A DNA stretch of 32,000 bases from Bellilinea caldifistulae (GCF_001306055.1 NZ_LGHJ01000016.1:60001-92000); one strand, 5' to 3'; positions 9,401 through 18,730 are shown, numbered from the stretch's first letter. Notes: generated from the letters alone by a model not told the origin. Numbers and translations are program-made.

Positions 9401-10679
9401 GTACGGCCGCACCGTTGCTCAGCGGGTCATTGATCCGTTGACCGGAGAAGTGTTAGCCGAACGGGATGATTTGCTCGACCATGACCGCATCCGCCGTCTG
9501 CTGCAGGCCGGTATTGATGAGGTCAAAGTGCGCTCACCGCTTACCTGTGAATTGATTCACGGGGTATGCGCCAAGTGTTACGGTATGGATCTGGGACGCG
9601 GTAAGATGGTTGAACTGGGTGCGGCAGTTGGAATCGTTGCTGCCCAATCCATTGGCGAGCCGGGTACGCAATTGACATTGCGCACCTTCCACACGGGTGG
9701 GGTGGCTGCCGGCGGCGATATTACCACCGGTTTACCGCGCGTGGAGGAGTTGTTTGAAGCCAGACGAACTCCTAAAGGCGAGGCCGTGATCACGCGTATT
9801 TCCGGTGTGGCAAAGATTATCCAATCTGACCGCTACAGCGATCAGCGTGTGGTGCGAGTCGAACACAGCGAACTGGTCAGTGATGAGTACGAGATCCCCG
9901 AAGGCTGGGATATCGTTGTCAAGGACGAGGGAACCGTTTCGTTAAGTGATCCCATCGCGGTACAGGGAGAAGCCTCCATCACAGCCCAACACACCGGGCG
10001 GGTTCGCATCGAAGGCCGTAAAGTGATTGTCACCTATGAACAACGCGAATCCGAGGAATATGAAATTCCCTCTACCTCGCGGATACTGATCAAAGACGGT
10101 GAACACGTTGAAGCCGGCCAGCCGTTGACCGAAGGTTCGTTGAACCCGCATACCATCTTGAAAATCAAAGGACGCGATGCCTGCCAGTTGTACCTGCTGA
10201 GCGAAATTCAGAAAGTCTATCGCGCGCAGGGTCAAAACATCAATGACAAGCACTTTGAGGTGATCATCCGCAAGATGATGGGCCGCGTTCAGGTGATCCG
10301 GCCGGGTGATACGCATTACCTGCCGATGGATATCGTTGATCGGCTTGAATTACGCCGGGTGAACGAGCAGATGATCCGCGAGGGCAAACAACCAGCCCGC
10401 TTTGCGGAAATTTTGCTGGGTGTAACCAAGGCATCTCTGAGCACCGATTCGTTCCTCTCTGCTTCCTCATTCCAGCATACGATCAAAGTTCTTGCAGGGG
10501 CAGCCATTGCCGGTGCCGAGGATCCGCTCTACGGTCTGAAAGAGAATGTGATTATCGGAAAATTGATCCCAGCTGGGACGGGCTTTGAATACGGGCGTTT
10601 CAAAGCCCTGCAGGAAAACAAGAACAACGATCAGGAAGTTCACCGCATTTCGGTCGCCAATATCACCAGTTCAGATTAA
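6432..10679 (+). CDS. rpoC: DNA-directed RNA polymerase subunit beta-prime
   Basis: GTG start 7 nt after AGAGGAGG. Zn-finger 'CYCGKYK...CDKCGVEV', '[10 protein letters not shown]', '[15 protein letters not shown]', catalytic '[12 protein letters not shown]', and a trigger-loop region '[10 protein letters not shown]...[12 protein letters not shown]' with no SI3-type insertion. 1415 aa. Confidence 0.98.
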   Translation: METKSLVALRISLASPDTIRSWSYGEVLKPETINYRRLRPEKDGLFCEAIFGPTRDYQCYCGKYKNPRYKGIVCDKCGVEVTRASVRRERMGHIELATPVAHIWYTRRVPSYLGLLLDISRRNLDRVLYFAQYIVTYVDEDARNKALKRLEDEISVSEREQAAEINARILEVKQARDRKIAELNQRRQDMEARRDELIAQRLEPVIQEGQSLERQLQDKIGSATRTAIVFSATNTEIVGAGETVSAQHIGRVQRVVKERLDELENEFRDQFQRDLEQIKMQIEEVRAQAETEMEALRNQLEDQSNVSQNANSRLRDELQELRPFTFLTETRYRELKSRWGQVFRADMGAEAFYDVLRRLDLDKLSEELWHEVRTSKSKQKRKKATTRLKVVEAFRRSQNRPEWMILTVLPVIPPDLRPMVQLDGGRFATSDLNDLYRRVINRNNRLKRLLELGAPDVIVRNEKRMLQEAVDSLIDNSQRGKALSRRGRRELKSLSDMLKGKKGRFRRNLLGKRVDYSGRSVIVVGPTLKLYQCGLPKTMALELFRPFVIARLVAHGYAANVKGARRFIERNRPEVWEVLEEVIKDRPVLLNRAPTLHRLGIQAFEPILIEGSAIQLHPLVTTAFNADFDGDQMAVHVPLSEKAVREARELMLSSRNLLKPADGEPIISPSKDMVLGVYYLTMIDDKEHPGNGRYFSDLDEVELAYQLDQVDVHTRIKLVVDTWYDDQNNRLPEPRRAMIETTVGRALFNRILPEKVQFVNETLDKGGVKDLIADVYEFCGEDVTTDVADRIKDIGFEYAMRSGATISVDDITMPADKKEILERAQQKIENVQRSYRRGLLTEQERNEREIEIWQQTTKEVADAVRRAMNPTGNLATMANSGATKGGFGPISQLAGMRGLMADPAGRIIRLPIQSNFREGLTALEYFISTHGARKGLADTALRTADAGYLTRRLVDVAQDMIVNEVDCGTQEGIWIRKADDVAGQPMSARLYGRTVAQRVIDPLTGEVLAERDDLLDHDRIRRLLQAGIDEVKVRSPLTCELIHGVCAKCYGMDLGRGKMVELGAAVGIVAAQSIGEPGTQLTLRTFHTGGVAAGGDITTGLPRVEELFEARRTPKGEAVITRISGVAKIIQSDRYSDQRVVRVEHSELVSDEYEIPEGWDIVVKDEGTVSLSDPIAVQGEASITAQHTGRVRIEGRKVIVTYEQRESEEYEIPSTSRILIKDGEHVEAGQPLTEGSLNPHTILKIKGRDACQLYLLSEIQKVYRAQGQNINDKHFEVIIRKMMGRVQVIRPGDTHYLPMDIVDRLELRRVNEQMIREGKQPARFAEILLGVTKASLSTDSFLSASSFQHTIKVLAGAAIAGAEDPLYGLKENVIIGKLIPAGTGFEYGRFKALQENKNNDQEVHRISVANITSSD

Positions 10680-10701
10680 TCAATTGGATCAATTGAACAG
10701 C

Positions 10702-10733
10702 AGCGAGGGCAGGTTAATGCCCTCGCTGTTTTT
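10702..10733 (+). terminator. Rho-independent terminator after rpoC
   Basis: AGCGAGGGC (10702-10710), 8-nt loop, GCCCTCGCT (10719-10727), then GTTTTT. It lies 23 nt after the rpoC stop. Confidence 0.85.
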
Positions 10734-10811
10734 AAGTTCGTCCAATGGCTTTCCATGATAAACTGAATTGAAAAATAATTTTTAAACTGATCCAGTGAGG
10801 AGCGGTTTTTG

Positions 10812-13592
10812 ATGGAGATTGGACTCGTTCGTAAAGTAGATATTGACCTTGAGATGCAGCAATCGTATCTGGATTATGCGATGAGCGTCATTGTTGCTCG
10901 AGCCTTACCGGATGCCAGGGATGGCTTAAAACCGGTGCAACGGCGAATCCTTTACGGTATGTACGATATGGGGCTGAGAGCCGATTCGGCATTTAAAAAA
11001 TCTGCCAGAATCGTTGGTGAAGTTTTGGGTAAATACCATCCACATGGAGATCAAGCGGTTTACGAAGCCATGGCGCGCATGGCGCAGGACTTCACCATGC
11101 GCTATCCGCTGATTGATGGACAGGGCAATTTCGGCTCCATTGACGGCGATCCGCCGGCTGCAATGCGGTATACCGAAGCCCGCCTGACACCGATTGCGTT
11201 AGATTTACTGCTTCAACTTGACCGCGACACAGTTGATTTTGAGCGGAATTTCGATGACTCCTTGAACGAACCGCTCGTCCTGCCGGCTGCCTTGCCCAAT
11301 TTGCTGATCAATGGAGCCTCTGGGATAGCGGTGGGTATGGCAACCAGTATTCCACCCCACAACCTCGGGGAGGTGATTGATGCACTCATCTACATGTTGG
11401 AACGATGGGAGCGTTTGGAAGATATTGGTGTTGATGATTTGATGAAATTCGTACGCGGGCCTGATTTTCCAACTGGCGGGATTATCCTCCAGGAAAACGG
11501 CGGGGAGGATTTACTTTCTGCCTACGCAACCGGCAGGGGCAAGGTCACCCTGCGGGGAAAAGTTCAGCTGGAGGATATGGGCAGGGGCAAGAGCCGGATT
11601 ATCATCACTGAGCTACCCTACCAGATCAATAAAGCCTCGCTCATCGAACGGATTGCGGAACTTGCCCGCGAAAACGAATTGGAGGGGATTAGCGACCTGC
11701 GGGATGAATCCGACCGGCAGGGAATGCGAATTGTCATTGAGTTGAATAAAGTTGCTGAAGAACAGAATGTATTACGCGAACTTTACCGACGCACTCCCTT
11801 GCAAAGCACTTTCCGTATTTCACTGCTTGCACTCGTTGATGGCGAGCCGCGTTTACTCTCCCTAAAGCAGGCTTTACGGGTTTATCTGGATCATCGAATT
11901 ACGGTCGTACGGCGGCGCAGTGAACATGACCTGGAAAAAGCCCGCCAACGGGCGCATATCCTGGAGGGTTTGCGGGTAGCCCTGGCCAATCTGGATGAAT
12001 TAATCAATTTGATTCGCAAGGCACAGGATGTGGAAGATGCTCGCGCGAAATTGATGAAACGCTATAAGTTGAGTGAAATTCAGGCAAATGCCATTCTGGA
12101 AATGCAACTGCGTCGGTTGGCTGCATTGGAGCGGAAGAAAATTGAATTGGAATATCAAGAAACGCTCAAATTGATCAAATCCCTGACAGAATTACTCAGA
12201 TCGCCGAAAAAATTGAGAGAAGCAGTTGCCGAAGAACTTGTCAGTATCAAGCAGAAGTATGCGGATCGCCGTCGGACACAAATTGTTTCGCTGAAACAAG
12301 GTGCGGCAGCCAGAGATATCCTGACCACCAGTGAATTGATGCCGGAGGAAAAGGTCTGGGTTGGGATGACCCAAGAGGGTTTGATCGGGAGAATGACTGC
12401 CGAAAAATTGACTCGCTTTAGCGGAAAAGATGCTCCGGCGTTATTGCTCCTTTCCGGCTCAAACCATACCCTTTATCTGGCTGCAAAAGATGGACGGTGT
12501 GCCGCGATTGCCGTCCAATCCCTGCCAGATGTGGAAAATTTTGCGGATGGAATCCCTGTTTTCAAAGCCTGTCCATTAGGCAGTGAAACCCTGCCCGTGG
12601 TTTTGTTTTCTTCTCCAATGAGGATTCCATCAGATAAAGATTATTTTGTCGTCACAATCAGTCGAAATGGAATGGTCAAAAAAACCGATTTGCGCGAATT
12701 ACCCGGACCTTCGGCGCAGACCTTTACTCTGGTGAAAATCAACAGCGGTGATGAACTGTTGAATGTTCTCATCACGGCGGGGAACGATGAAATTGTTCTG
12801 GTGAGCAAAGGCGGAATGATGATTCGCTTTGCGGAGGGTGAAGTCCGCCCAATGGGATTGGTTGCGGCTGGTGTTAACGGGATCAAATTGAGCAACGGCG
12901 ATGAAGTGGTTGGCGGGATGATCTTTAACAAGGAAGAAGATATGCTTTTAGTGTCGGAGGATGGAAAGGGTTGGCGCATGCCTGCTACCCAAACTGTTCT
13001 CCAGGGCCGTTATGGGCAGGGAATCATCGCGGCACGGCTGGGAAAAGGAACCGGGCTGGTTGGTGGGATTAGCGGGCCGGCGGAATTAAATATCTTGATT
13101 TATTTTGAACATCTGGCAGCCAAAAGCATTCGTCTGGATAGTATACCTGCCGGCAAAAGAGCAGCCAGTGGAAAACCTCTCTTTGATTTAAAACCCGGTG
13201 AGAGGGTCAGGAATGTACTGCCAATTGTCCAGAAATTGGGCAAATGGGAGGCGGAGGGGCAGGAAAAAACCCCCAAACGACCTCGCCGAGTGACTGAAAA
13301 AGGGGCTGGAAGCGTAAAGCCTGGTTCAGAGACACCAAAACAACCCGCAAAAGGCAGCAGAAAGACTGCTCAACCAAAGCAGGGTGAACTCCCTATGGAA
13401 ACTCCGTCGGTCGGGTCGAAACCGGTCAGGCGCAGTCGCAAGACGACACTCACTTCATCCGAGCCGGATAAGAAAGCATCTTCCCAATCCTCCACAACCA
13501 GAGGAAGGTCAAAAAGGCAGTCAACTCAAGCGGAGCAAGTTCAACCTACAGCGAAGAGGCGCGGGCGAAAACCGACGGAGAAATCATCTTAA
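10812..13592 (+). CDS. Type IIA DNA topoisomerase subunit A (GyrA/ParC family; annotation pipelines would probably say DNA gyrase subunit A)
   Basis: '[12 protein letters not shown]', 'GKYHPHGD', '[23 protein letters not shown]' (catalytic Tyr motif), '[15 protein letters not shown]', and C-terminal beta-pinwheel blades such as '[19 protein letters not shown]'. The ATG at 10812 lies 9 nt after GTGAGGAG and is preferred over the adjacent TTG at 10809. See findings for the missing GyrA box and the basic tail. Confidence 0.9.
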   Translation: MEIGLVRKVDIDLEMQQSYLDYAMSVIVARALPDARDGLKPVQRRILYGMYDMGLRADSAFKKSARIVGEVLGKYHPHGDQAVYEAMARMAQDFTMRYPLIDGQGNFGSIDGDPPAAMRYTEARLTPIALDLLLQLDRDTVDFERNFDDSLNEPLVLPAALPNLLINGASGIAVGMATSIPPHNLGEVIDALIYMLERWERLEDIGVDDLMKFVRGPDFPTGGIILQENGGEDLLSAYATGRGKVTLRGKVQLEDMGRGKSRIIITELPYQINKASLIERIAELARENELEGISDLRDESDRQGMRIVIELNKVAEEQNVLRELYRRTPLQSTFRISLLALVDGEPRLLSLKQALRVYLDHRITVVRRRSEHDLEKARQRAHILEGLRVALANLDELINLIRKAQDVEDARAKLMKRYKLSEIQANAILEMQLRRLAALERKKIELEYQETLKLIKSLTELLRSPKKLREAVAEELVSIKQKYADRRRTQIVSLKQGAAARDILTTSELMPEEKVWVGMTQEGLIGRMTAEKLTRFSGKDAPALLLLSGSNHTLYLAAKDGRCAAIAVQSLPDVENFADGIPVFKACPLGSETLPVVLFSSPMRIPSDKDYFVVTISRNGMVKKTDLRELPGPSAQTFTLVKINSGDELLNVLITAGNDEIVLVSKGGMMIRFAEGEVRPMGLVAAGVNGIKLSNGDEVVGGMIFNKEEDMLLVSEDGKGWRMPATQTVLQGRYGQGIIAARLGKGTGLVGGISGPAELNILIYFEHLAAKSIRLDSIPAGKRAASGKPLFDLKPGERVRNVLPIVQKLGKWEAEGQEKTPKRPRRVTEKGAGSVKPGSETPKQPAKGSRKTAQPKQGELPMETPSVGSKPVRRSRKTTLTSSEPDKKASSQSSTTRGRSKRQSTQAEQVQPTAKRRGRKPTEKSS

Positions 13593-14692
13593 GCGGATAT
13601 GGTGAAGTTGGTGTAATGGTAGGCGATTTTTCCATCCATGATACCGAAGGTGTCGGCGCCATTTTTCACGGTTGCATTACCGGATTGGGCTGTCCAGTTG
13701 AAGTGGCGGGTGCTGCCGCTTTGGGTTGTGTGGGTCAGGGTAAAACTTGCCTGGGGTAAGAGATCGTTGAATAAAGTGGTGTACCAGGCCCGAATTGCCT
13801 GACTGCCCTGGATTACCCGGGCAGGAGTAATGTGGACTGCATCTGGATGGTAAAGATGCAGCATGAGCGATGGATCGTGCAGGTTGAGTGCCTGGAAGTA
13901 GAGGTCAACAATATCCGGTGGCGGAGGTTGGGGTGACCAGGAAAATTGGGCGATCACATCCCACAGGGCGGGAGTTTGTTTGCGGCATTCGTCCCAGGAA
14001 AAGAAATTTACCCCGCTCAACCCCAAAGCCTGTACTGTGCGCAAGAATTCGAGGATATCCTGTTCGGTTGGAGCCCATCCGCCGGTTTTGTAGGTTGGGC
14101 CGGTAGGAATTACCGGCCGGAAAGGCGTCATATTCTGAAATTCTCGAACGCTCCGCCGTAACTGGGCTTCGGGATTATGGGCTTTTTCCCAATAAACCTG
14201 AGGCATGTTGTAATCTGCAAATTCCAGAAAGGTTTTCCATGGCAGCTGGGGATGGTAGGAAGGAAAGCGGTATGAGGAGAGGGCAATTGGAATGTTGGGC
14301 AATGCTTCCCTGAGTTTACCCATAAATCGCCGGGCGGCCCGATCCCTACCGGCCTGTTTGTACTCGATTTCTGCGTCAACGACGTATCCATCCAGTTGAA
14401 ATTGTTGAATGCGACGGATAGCCACATTAGCCTCAGCCAGGGGATCATTGCCATAAACGTAATGCCAGCCCCAAACCCGAATATTCTTCTCGCGCAGGGC
14501 TTGTACCACCGGGGGGAGGAGGTCGGTGTTGGTCTTGCGATCAATGTTGACCGGCCAGCCGCCATCAGCGATTTTGATCAAAACATGCGTAAATCCGGCC
14601 CGTTGTGCGGCTTCAGCAATGGCCTGAGGATTTCCCCCTTCACAATCCTGAATTTTCCAGATAAAAAAGCCTTTCCCCGCTAATCCATTCAT
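13589..14692 (-). CDS. Hypothetical two-domain protein: GH25/DUF1906-like TIM-barrel (putative glycoside hydrolase) fused to a C-terminal SnoaL/NTF2-like domain
   Basis: SD GGGAGGA lies 5 nt upstream of the ATG. The N-terminus 'GFFIWKI...[13 protein letters not shown]...[10 protein letters not shown]...[10 protein letters not shown]' looks like an alternating beta/alpha barrel with a D-x-E motif, as in GH25-like enzymes. The last ~110 aa, '[24 protein letters not shown]...IRAWYTTLF...[10 protein letters not shown]', resemble SnoaL-like/NTF2 folds. No signal peptide. The domain calls are weak because they rest on pattern only. Confidence 0.5.
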   Translation of the reverse strand: MNGLAGKGFFIWKIQDCEGGNPQAIAEAAQRAGFTHVLIKIADGGWPVNIDRKTNTDLLPPVVQALREKNIRVWGWHYVYGNDPLAEANVAIRRIQQFQLDGYVVDAEIEYKQAGRDRAARRFMGKLREALPNIPIALSSYRFPSYHPQLPWKTFLEFADYNMPQVYWEKAHNPEAQLRRSVREFQNMTPFRPVIPTGPTYKTGGWAPTEQDILEFLRTVQALGLSGVNFFSWDECRKQTPALWDVIAQFSWSPQPPPPDIVDLYFQALNLHDPSLMLHLYHPDAVHITPARVIQGSQAIRAWYTTLFNDLLPQASFTLTHTTQSGSTRHFNWTAQSGNATVKNGADTFGIMDGKIAYHYTNFTISA

Positions 14693-14721
14693 ACGATCCT
14701 CCCTGATGAAGGTGAAACTGA

Positions 14722-15294
14722 TTACTCCGGTTTGAGATTGCCTTCAAGACCTAATTGGGGGGCTATTTTTCGCATAGCCAGAATGACGTTGTCCACATGT
14801 TGCCATAATTCCACCCCAAATTCCTCAGCTCCGCGAGCGATTTCTTCGCGGTTTGCACCGGCTGCGAAAGCCCGATCCTTCCATTTCTTTTTTACCGAGG
14901 TAGAGGTGAGATCATAGAGTGAACGAGAGGGCCTCACCAGCGCCACGGCGGTGATTAATCCAGTTATTTCGTCACATGCAAAAAGAGCTTTTTCCATCAA
15001 AGTTTGACGCGGTACACCGGTATGATCAGCATGACTGAGAATCGCACGAATGATCTCTTCGGAGACGCCATGTTCACGTAGAATGGATACCCCGGCTTGT
15101 GGGTGTTCTTCCAGGGTGGGGTGAATTTCCCAGTCAAAATCATGTAAAAGACCCGTTACCCGCCAGAGTTCCACATCTTGATTTAATTTTTCGGCGTAAA
15201 ACTGCATGGCAGCCTCAACTGCCAGCATGTGATTGATCAGGTTTTGGTTCTTGACGTATTTTGTGACGATAACAAACGCTTCTTCTCGGTTCAT
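14722..15294 (-). CDS. HD-domain (HDIG-type) metal-dependent phosphohydrolase
   Basis: 'NLINHMLAVEAAM...' and 'TGLLHDFDWEIHP' (the H...HD signature), followed by 'ILSHADHTG'. Its ATG overlaps the upstream sanA-like stop codon (ATGA at 15291-15294). Confidence 0.8.
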   Translation of the reverse strand: MNREEAFVIVTKYVKNQNLINHMLAVEAAMQFYAEKLNQDVELWRVTGLLHDFDWEIHPTLEEHPQAGVSILREHGVSEEIIRAILSHADHTGVPRQTLMEKALFACDEITGLITAVALVRPSRSLYDLTSTSVKKKWKDRAFAAGANREEIARGAEEFGVELWQHVDNVILAMRKIAPQLGLEGNLKPE

Positions 15295-15980
15295 GGGTGA
15301 GTCTGCTCCTGCATGGAAGTTTCATCCGTCAATCCAAAGATTGGTTCTGGTGTACCCAATACCGGCAAAGGCCGGGTGATAAACACATCCATAAACGCCA
15401 TGGCCGTAGCGGGTATCTCGCGGATACGCCAAAAACGATAAGCGTAACGACTGTACACCCGCTGGTCGGCAATTGCACCGACTGACTCGATCCCCAGGAA
15501 ATTGCAGGTAAAAATGGCTCGAGGCAGGTGAAAACGTTGAGTGACCAGGACTGCCTGACGGACACCAAATATGTGACGGGCGCGGTAACAAGTATCATAG
15601 GTGCGCCGGCCGGCATAATCCAAAACAATGTCTTCTTCTGGTACTCCTAAAGAAAGGGCAAAGCGCTTCATTGCTCCAGGTTCATTGTACTCAACAAACC
15701 GGTTGTCCCCGCTCATTAAGATTTTTTGGACTTTCCCGTCAAAGTACAGCTGAGCAGCAGCAGCCACACGGTCGCGCAATACCGGTGAGGGTTGCCCATC
15801 GCGGGTCAATCCTGCACCGAAAACGATGGCTACCGGTGCAAATGGGGTTTGGGTAACCTGAAACTGGCGGGATCGGGCAAACCATTCTGCAATTAAATTG
15901 GGAATACCCAAAATCAAAATGATGGCAATGGCGGTAAAAAGGAAAAAGCGAAACAGGAACATCAGAATTTTTTTGACCAT
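15291..15980 (-). CDS. sanA: SanA/YdcF (DUF218) family membrane-anchored protein
   Basis: N-terminal TM 'ILMFLFRFFLFTAIAIILILGI', then 'AIVFGAGL..DGQPSPVLRDRV..AAQLY..GKV.KILMSGDN....YNEP..M', typical of SanA/DUF218. Confidence 0.8.
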   Translation of the reverse strand: MVKKILMFLFRFFLFTAIAIILILGIPNLIAEWFARSRQFQVTQTPFAPVAIVFGAGLTRDGQPSPVLRDRVAAAAQLYFDGKVQKILMSGDNRFVEYNEPGAMKRFALSLGVPEEDIVLDYAGRRTYDTCYRARHIFGVRQAVLVTQRFHLPRAIFTCNFLGIESVGAIADQRVYSRYAYRFWRIREIPATAMAFMDVFITRPLPVLGTPEPIFGLTDETSMQEQTHP

Positions 15981-15986
15981 GTGGCG

Positions 15987-15995
15987 ATTTTACCA
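15987..15995 (-). promoter_or_regulatory. Possible extended -10 (TGgTAAAAT) placed 6 nt upstream of the sanA-like ATG
   Basis: The minus strand reads GAGCA-TGG-TAAAAT-CGCCAC-ATG. There is no SD between the element and the start codon. Confidence 0.3.
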
Positions 15996-16070
15996 TGCTC
16001 AGCAGGCACAAATGTTATTCGGATCGTACAAGGTTCGTGCCAGTAACCCGGCGTGTAAGGAAAGGATACT

Positions 16071-17132
16071 TCAGCGACCAATCCAATCGGCTAAATCTAC
16101 CCCAGACCAGCGCACCGCCGCGCGCAGCGGGTCATAAACCGAGTCATCCACGACTTGTAAATCTTGAACATCATAATCACTTAAGGCTTGTGTGATACGG
16201 CGCTTGCCGTCAGTTGTTTTTACCAGTTCAAGCAATGAAGAATTGATCTGTTTGATAATCGAGTCGCTAACCGAGACGGCGTAGGAGAGGTTCATATTTG
16301 GAATATCCGGGTTGGTTTGCCAGATGACGACAATGCGTTGCGGGGCGTCGGTCAGGTCGTTGATCACCTGACTGGAGGTGCGGGGGTCACCAGATATGGA
16401 AAATGTCACTCCGAAATCACATATGCCTTTTATATACAACGCGCGAACCACAGCCGGGTGAGTCTGGGCAAACACACCGCTTTGGGTGGGAATGCTCAGT
16501 TGTTCTAAAATTCCAAAGGGGAGAATGTAACCCGAAATCGAACCGGGTTCAACCCAACAAGGCCGACCACCACTCAATTGGGAAAGGGCAGTTTGGGCAT
16601 CGGCTGTGCTGAGGTTGGCGAGCGGGTCAAAATAGGACACGTAACCGCTCTCGACATTAGCGAGGAACTGAGTACCGTAGTAGAAAGTCCCAAAGTGATT
16701 GGTGAGGAGACCGAGTTTTACCAATCCTAGATTGTGAGCGTGGAGATAGGTTAATGGCTGCAGCCAGACAAGATGGATTTTCTGCTCTTTAAGGGCTTCA
16801 AAAAGATCCGCAGGTTTTTCAAAAACTACGATTTCAAATTCGTAACCGGTGGTTTCTTTAAGATAGTCACGAATTTCTTCGCGGGAGATTTCAATCCGGC
16901 GATTACCCTCACCCTCCTGAAGGAAAGCCATCCGCAGTGGATTCTGGCTGCTACCGAGCGGTGCAGGGGTGGGCGTGGAAGTGGTCACCTCGGTTAGAGT
17001 TAATGTGAAGGTTGGGGTGGGCGTTTGGGCCGGCTGGACGCTGCATGCAACCAGAATCAGGATCATCATTAATCCGCTTAGGATGGAAAAAATGGAATTG
17101 GATGATGGGGAGAAGGCGGGAGGATTAATCAC
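16071..17132 (-). CDS. PhnD/SsuA-like substrate-binding lipoprotein (phosphonate-type ABC binding-protein fold), no cognate permease or ATPase nearby
   Basis: GTG start 8 nt after GGAG. Lipobox 'LILVAC' followed by a Thr/Pro-rich tether 'QTPTPTFTLTLTEVTTSTPTPAP'. The body 'LRMAFL...IRDYL.ETTGYEFEIVVFEKPADLFEALKEQKIHLVWL.PLTY' and 'PGSISGYILP' fits the PhnD-like family. Confidence 0.7.
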   Translation of the reverse strand: MINPPAFSPSSNSIFSILSGLMMILILVACSVQPAQTPTPTFTLTLTEVTTSTPTPAPLGSSQNPLRMAFLQEGEGNRRIEISREEIRDYLKETTGYEFEIVVFEKPADLFEALKEQKIHLVWLQPLTYLHAHNLGLVKLGLLTNHFGTFYYGTQFLANVESGYVSYFDPLANLSTADAQTALSQLSGGRPCWVEPGSISGYILPFGILEQLSIPTQSGVFAQTHPAVVRALYIKGICDFGVTFSISGDPRTSSQVINDLTDAPQRIVVIWQTNPDIPNMNLSYAVSVSDSIIKQINSSLLELVKTTDGKRRITQALSDYDVQDLQVVDDSVYDPLRAAVRWSGVDLADWIGR

Positions 17133-17219
17133 ACAGATTTTGCTCCGAAGTGGATGTATGTTGATTATAATCGGATTGGCGGTTCATTTCTGTAGAAGTG
17201 ATTGGGTATCGGTGGTGAG

Positions 17220-17891
17220 ATGAATTTCAATACTATTCTAAAAACGGTCTTGCTGGTGATTTTGTCGTTTGCTTTAATTTTTGCACTGGCTATTTTTGTG
17301 CTGGTATCGGTGGTGCGAAACACAACTCAACAGGCTTTACAACCCGTGGAGCAAGTCCGGGATGCCATTGCAACTCAATCAGCCTTACTATTTAACCCCA
17401 CCCCTACCATTGTACCGGATCCTGTAACGATTATCTACGAAATTCGCTCGTTAGCCCGTCTGGAAACGGCGCAATACTCTATGGAAAAGATCATTACAGC
17501 TGAAACGGGACAAAATGACCTAGGTTTTTTGTTTGGGGATAAATTGCTATTCGTGGCGCATGGTAAAGTGATTGCCGGCGTGGACCTGGAAAAATTAAAA
17601 CCCGAAGATTTATGGGTTCAAAATGGTATTTTGTACGTTCGTTTGCCAGAAGCTGAAATTTTTTTGACCACTCTCGACAATGACCTTTCGTATGTTTATG
17701 ATCGGGAAACCGGGATATTACGCCGGGGGGAAATCCAATTAGAAACACTGGCGCGCCAGGCAGCTGTTCGTGAGATTGAAAAAAGCGCGCTGGCAGATGG
17801 TATTTTGAATTGGGCTCAATTAAACGCCGAGTCCTATCTCGGCCGGTTGTTCCGCAGTCTGGGTTACGCTGATGTGATCTTTATCAAGTAA
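17220..17891 (+). CDS. DUF4230 domain-containing membrane-anchored protein
   Basis: ATG at 17220 preceded by GGTGGTGAG (the ORF track starts at a TTG at 17202). N-terminal TM 'VLLVILSFALIFALAIFVLV'. 'IRSLARLETAQYSMEKIIT....LFGDKLLFVAHGKVIAGVDL' matches my memory of DUF4230. Confidence 0.65.
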   Translation: MNFNTILKTVLLVILSFALIFALAIFVLVSVVRNTTQQALQPVEQVRDAIATQSALLFNPTPTIVPDPVTIIYEIRSLARLETAQYSMEKIITAETGQNDLGFLFGDKLLFVAHGKVIAGVDLEKLKPEDLWVQNGILYVRLPEAEIFLTTLDNDLSYVYDRETGILRRGEIQLETLARQAAVREIEKSALADGILNWAQLNAESYLGRLFRSLGYADVIFIK

Positions 17892-17902
17892 GAGAAAGGG
17901 CA

Positions 17903-18730
17903 TTAGATGCGCTCTGTCCATGAAGGATGAGCATATTTTTGAATAAATAAATCCTCTGCACATCTCAATTCATCGGGTTCTGGTTCGGTTTCCACAAATT
18001 CAATGTTCAGGATTCGCTCAAAGGCGGTTTTGAAAGCCGCTGCAGCCGTTTCCCAATCTAAGACTTTGCCGAGCACCATCTCAACCGTAGTGGCATGATC
18101 CAACAATCGCTGAGCAGCCTGTTGACGTTCGGTCTCAGATTCGAAGCGTAGGGCTTGTGTGATGCGGGTCAGGTCACCATATAAGGGCAAAGAGCCGTGC
18201 TGGAGGACTCCTTTGTAGCGGCGAGCCTGAGCGCTGCCGATTAATTTTTTACCGTTAACGGTGATTTCGTAATTGGATGGCACTTCAAAACAAACGGCTG
18301 CGTTTGGTTGGCTACCTTCGGGAAGCGGGTATTCTTTATCTGCCGTGGCGGGTAGGTCCAATAATCGCAAAGCCTCTACCAATGCCATTGAAAGGCGGCG
18401 GTAACTTTCCAGAATTGAGCCGACAACCCGAGGTTCAGTTTGGGGGGCAATGACCGCGTAAGTCAGTTCATCCGTGTGTAAAATTGCTCTACCTCCGGTA
18501 GGACGGCGTACCAGTTCCCAGCCGTTCTCGATCAAATTTTGAAAATCTACATCCTTGATGGGTTGTGCATAACCCAATGAAAGGCAGGGAGGCTCCCAGG
18601 CGTACAACCGTAAGGTTGGGGGAGATTTACCCTCAGCTGCAAACTGGAGCATGGCCTCATCCAGTGCCATATTCCAGGCGCCAGGGGCGGGTGTGGTTTT
18701 GATTAATCGCCAGATGGATGTTTGGAACAT
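17903..18730 (-). CDS. Lipoate-protein ligase family protein (LipM-like octanoyltransferase / BPL_LplA_LipB domain)
   Basis: 'PTLRLYAWEPPCLSLGY', 'RRPTGGRAILHTDELTYAV', and 'VCFEVPSNYEITVNGKKLIGSAQAR' carrying the conserved Cys and Lys of LipM/LplA-type enzymes. Confidence 0.8.
   Translation of the reverse strand: MFQTSIWRLIKTTPAPGAWNMALDEAMLQFAAEGKSPPTLRLYAWEPPCLSLGYAQPIKDVDFQNLIENGWELVRRPTGGRAILHTDELTYAVIAPQTEPRVVGSILESYRRLSMALVEALRLLDLPATADKEYPLPEGSQPNAAVCFEVPSNYEITVNGKKLIGSAQARRYKGVLQHGSLPLYGDLTRITQALRFESETERQQAAQRLLDHATTVEMVLGKVLDWETAAAAFKTAFERILNIEFVETEPEPDELRCAEDLFIQKYAHPSWTERI

Noticed and set aside
16004-16040. Hairpin GGCAC(A/G)AA...TTCGTGCC between the PhnD-like and sanA-like genes, as a possible terminator
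   Set aside because: The stem is 8 bp including a G-U pair, the loop is 21 nt, and no U-tract follows on the minus strand. It is not a credible intrinsic terminator.
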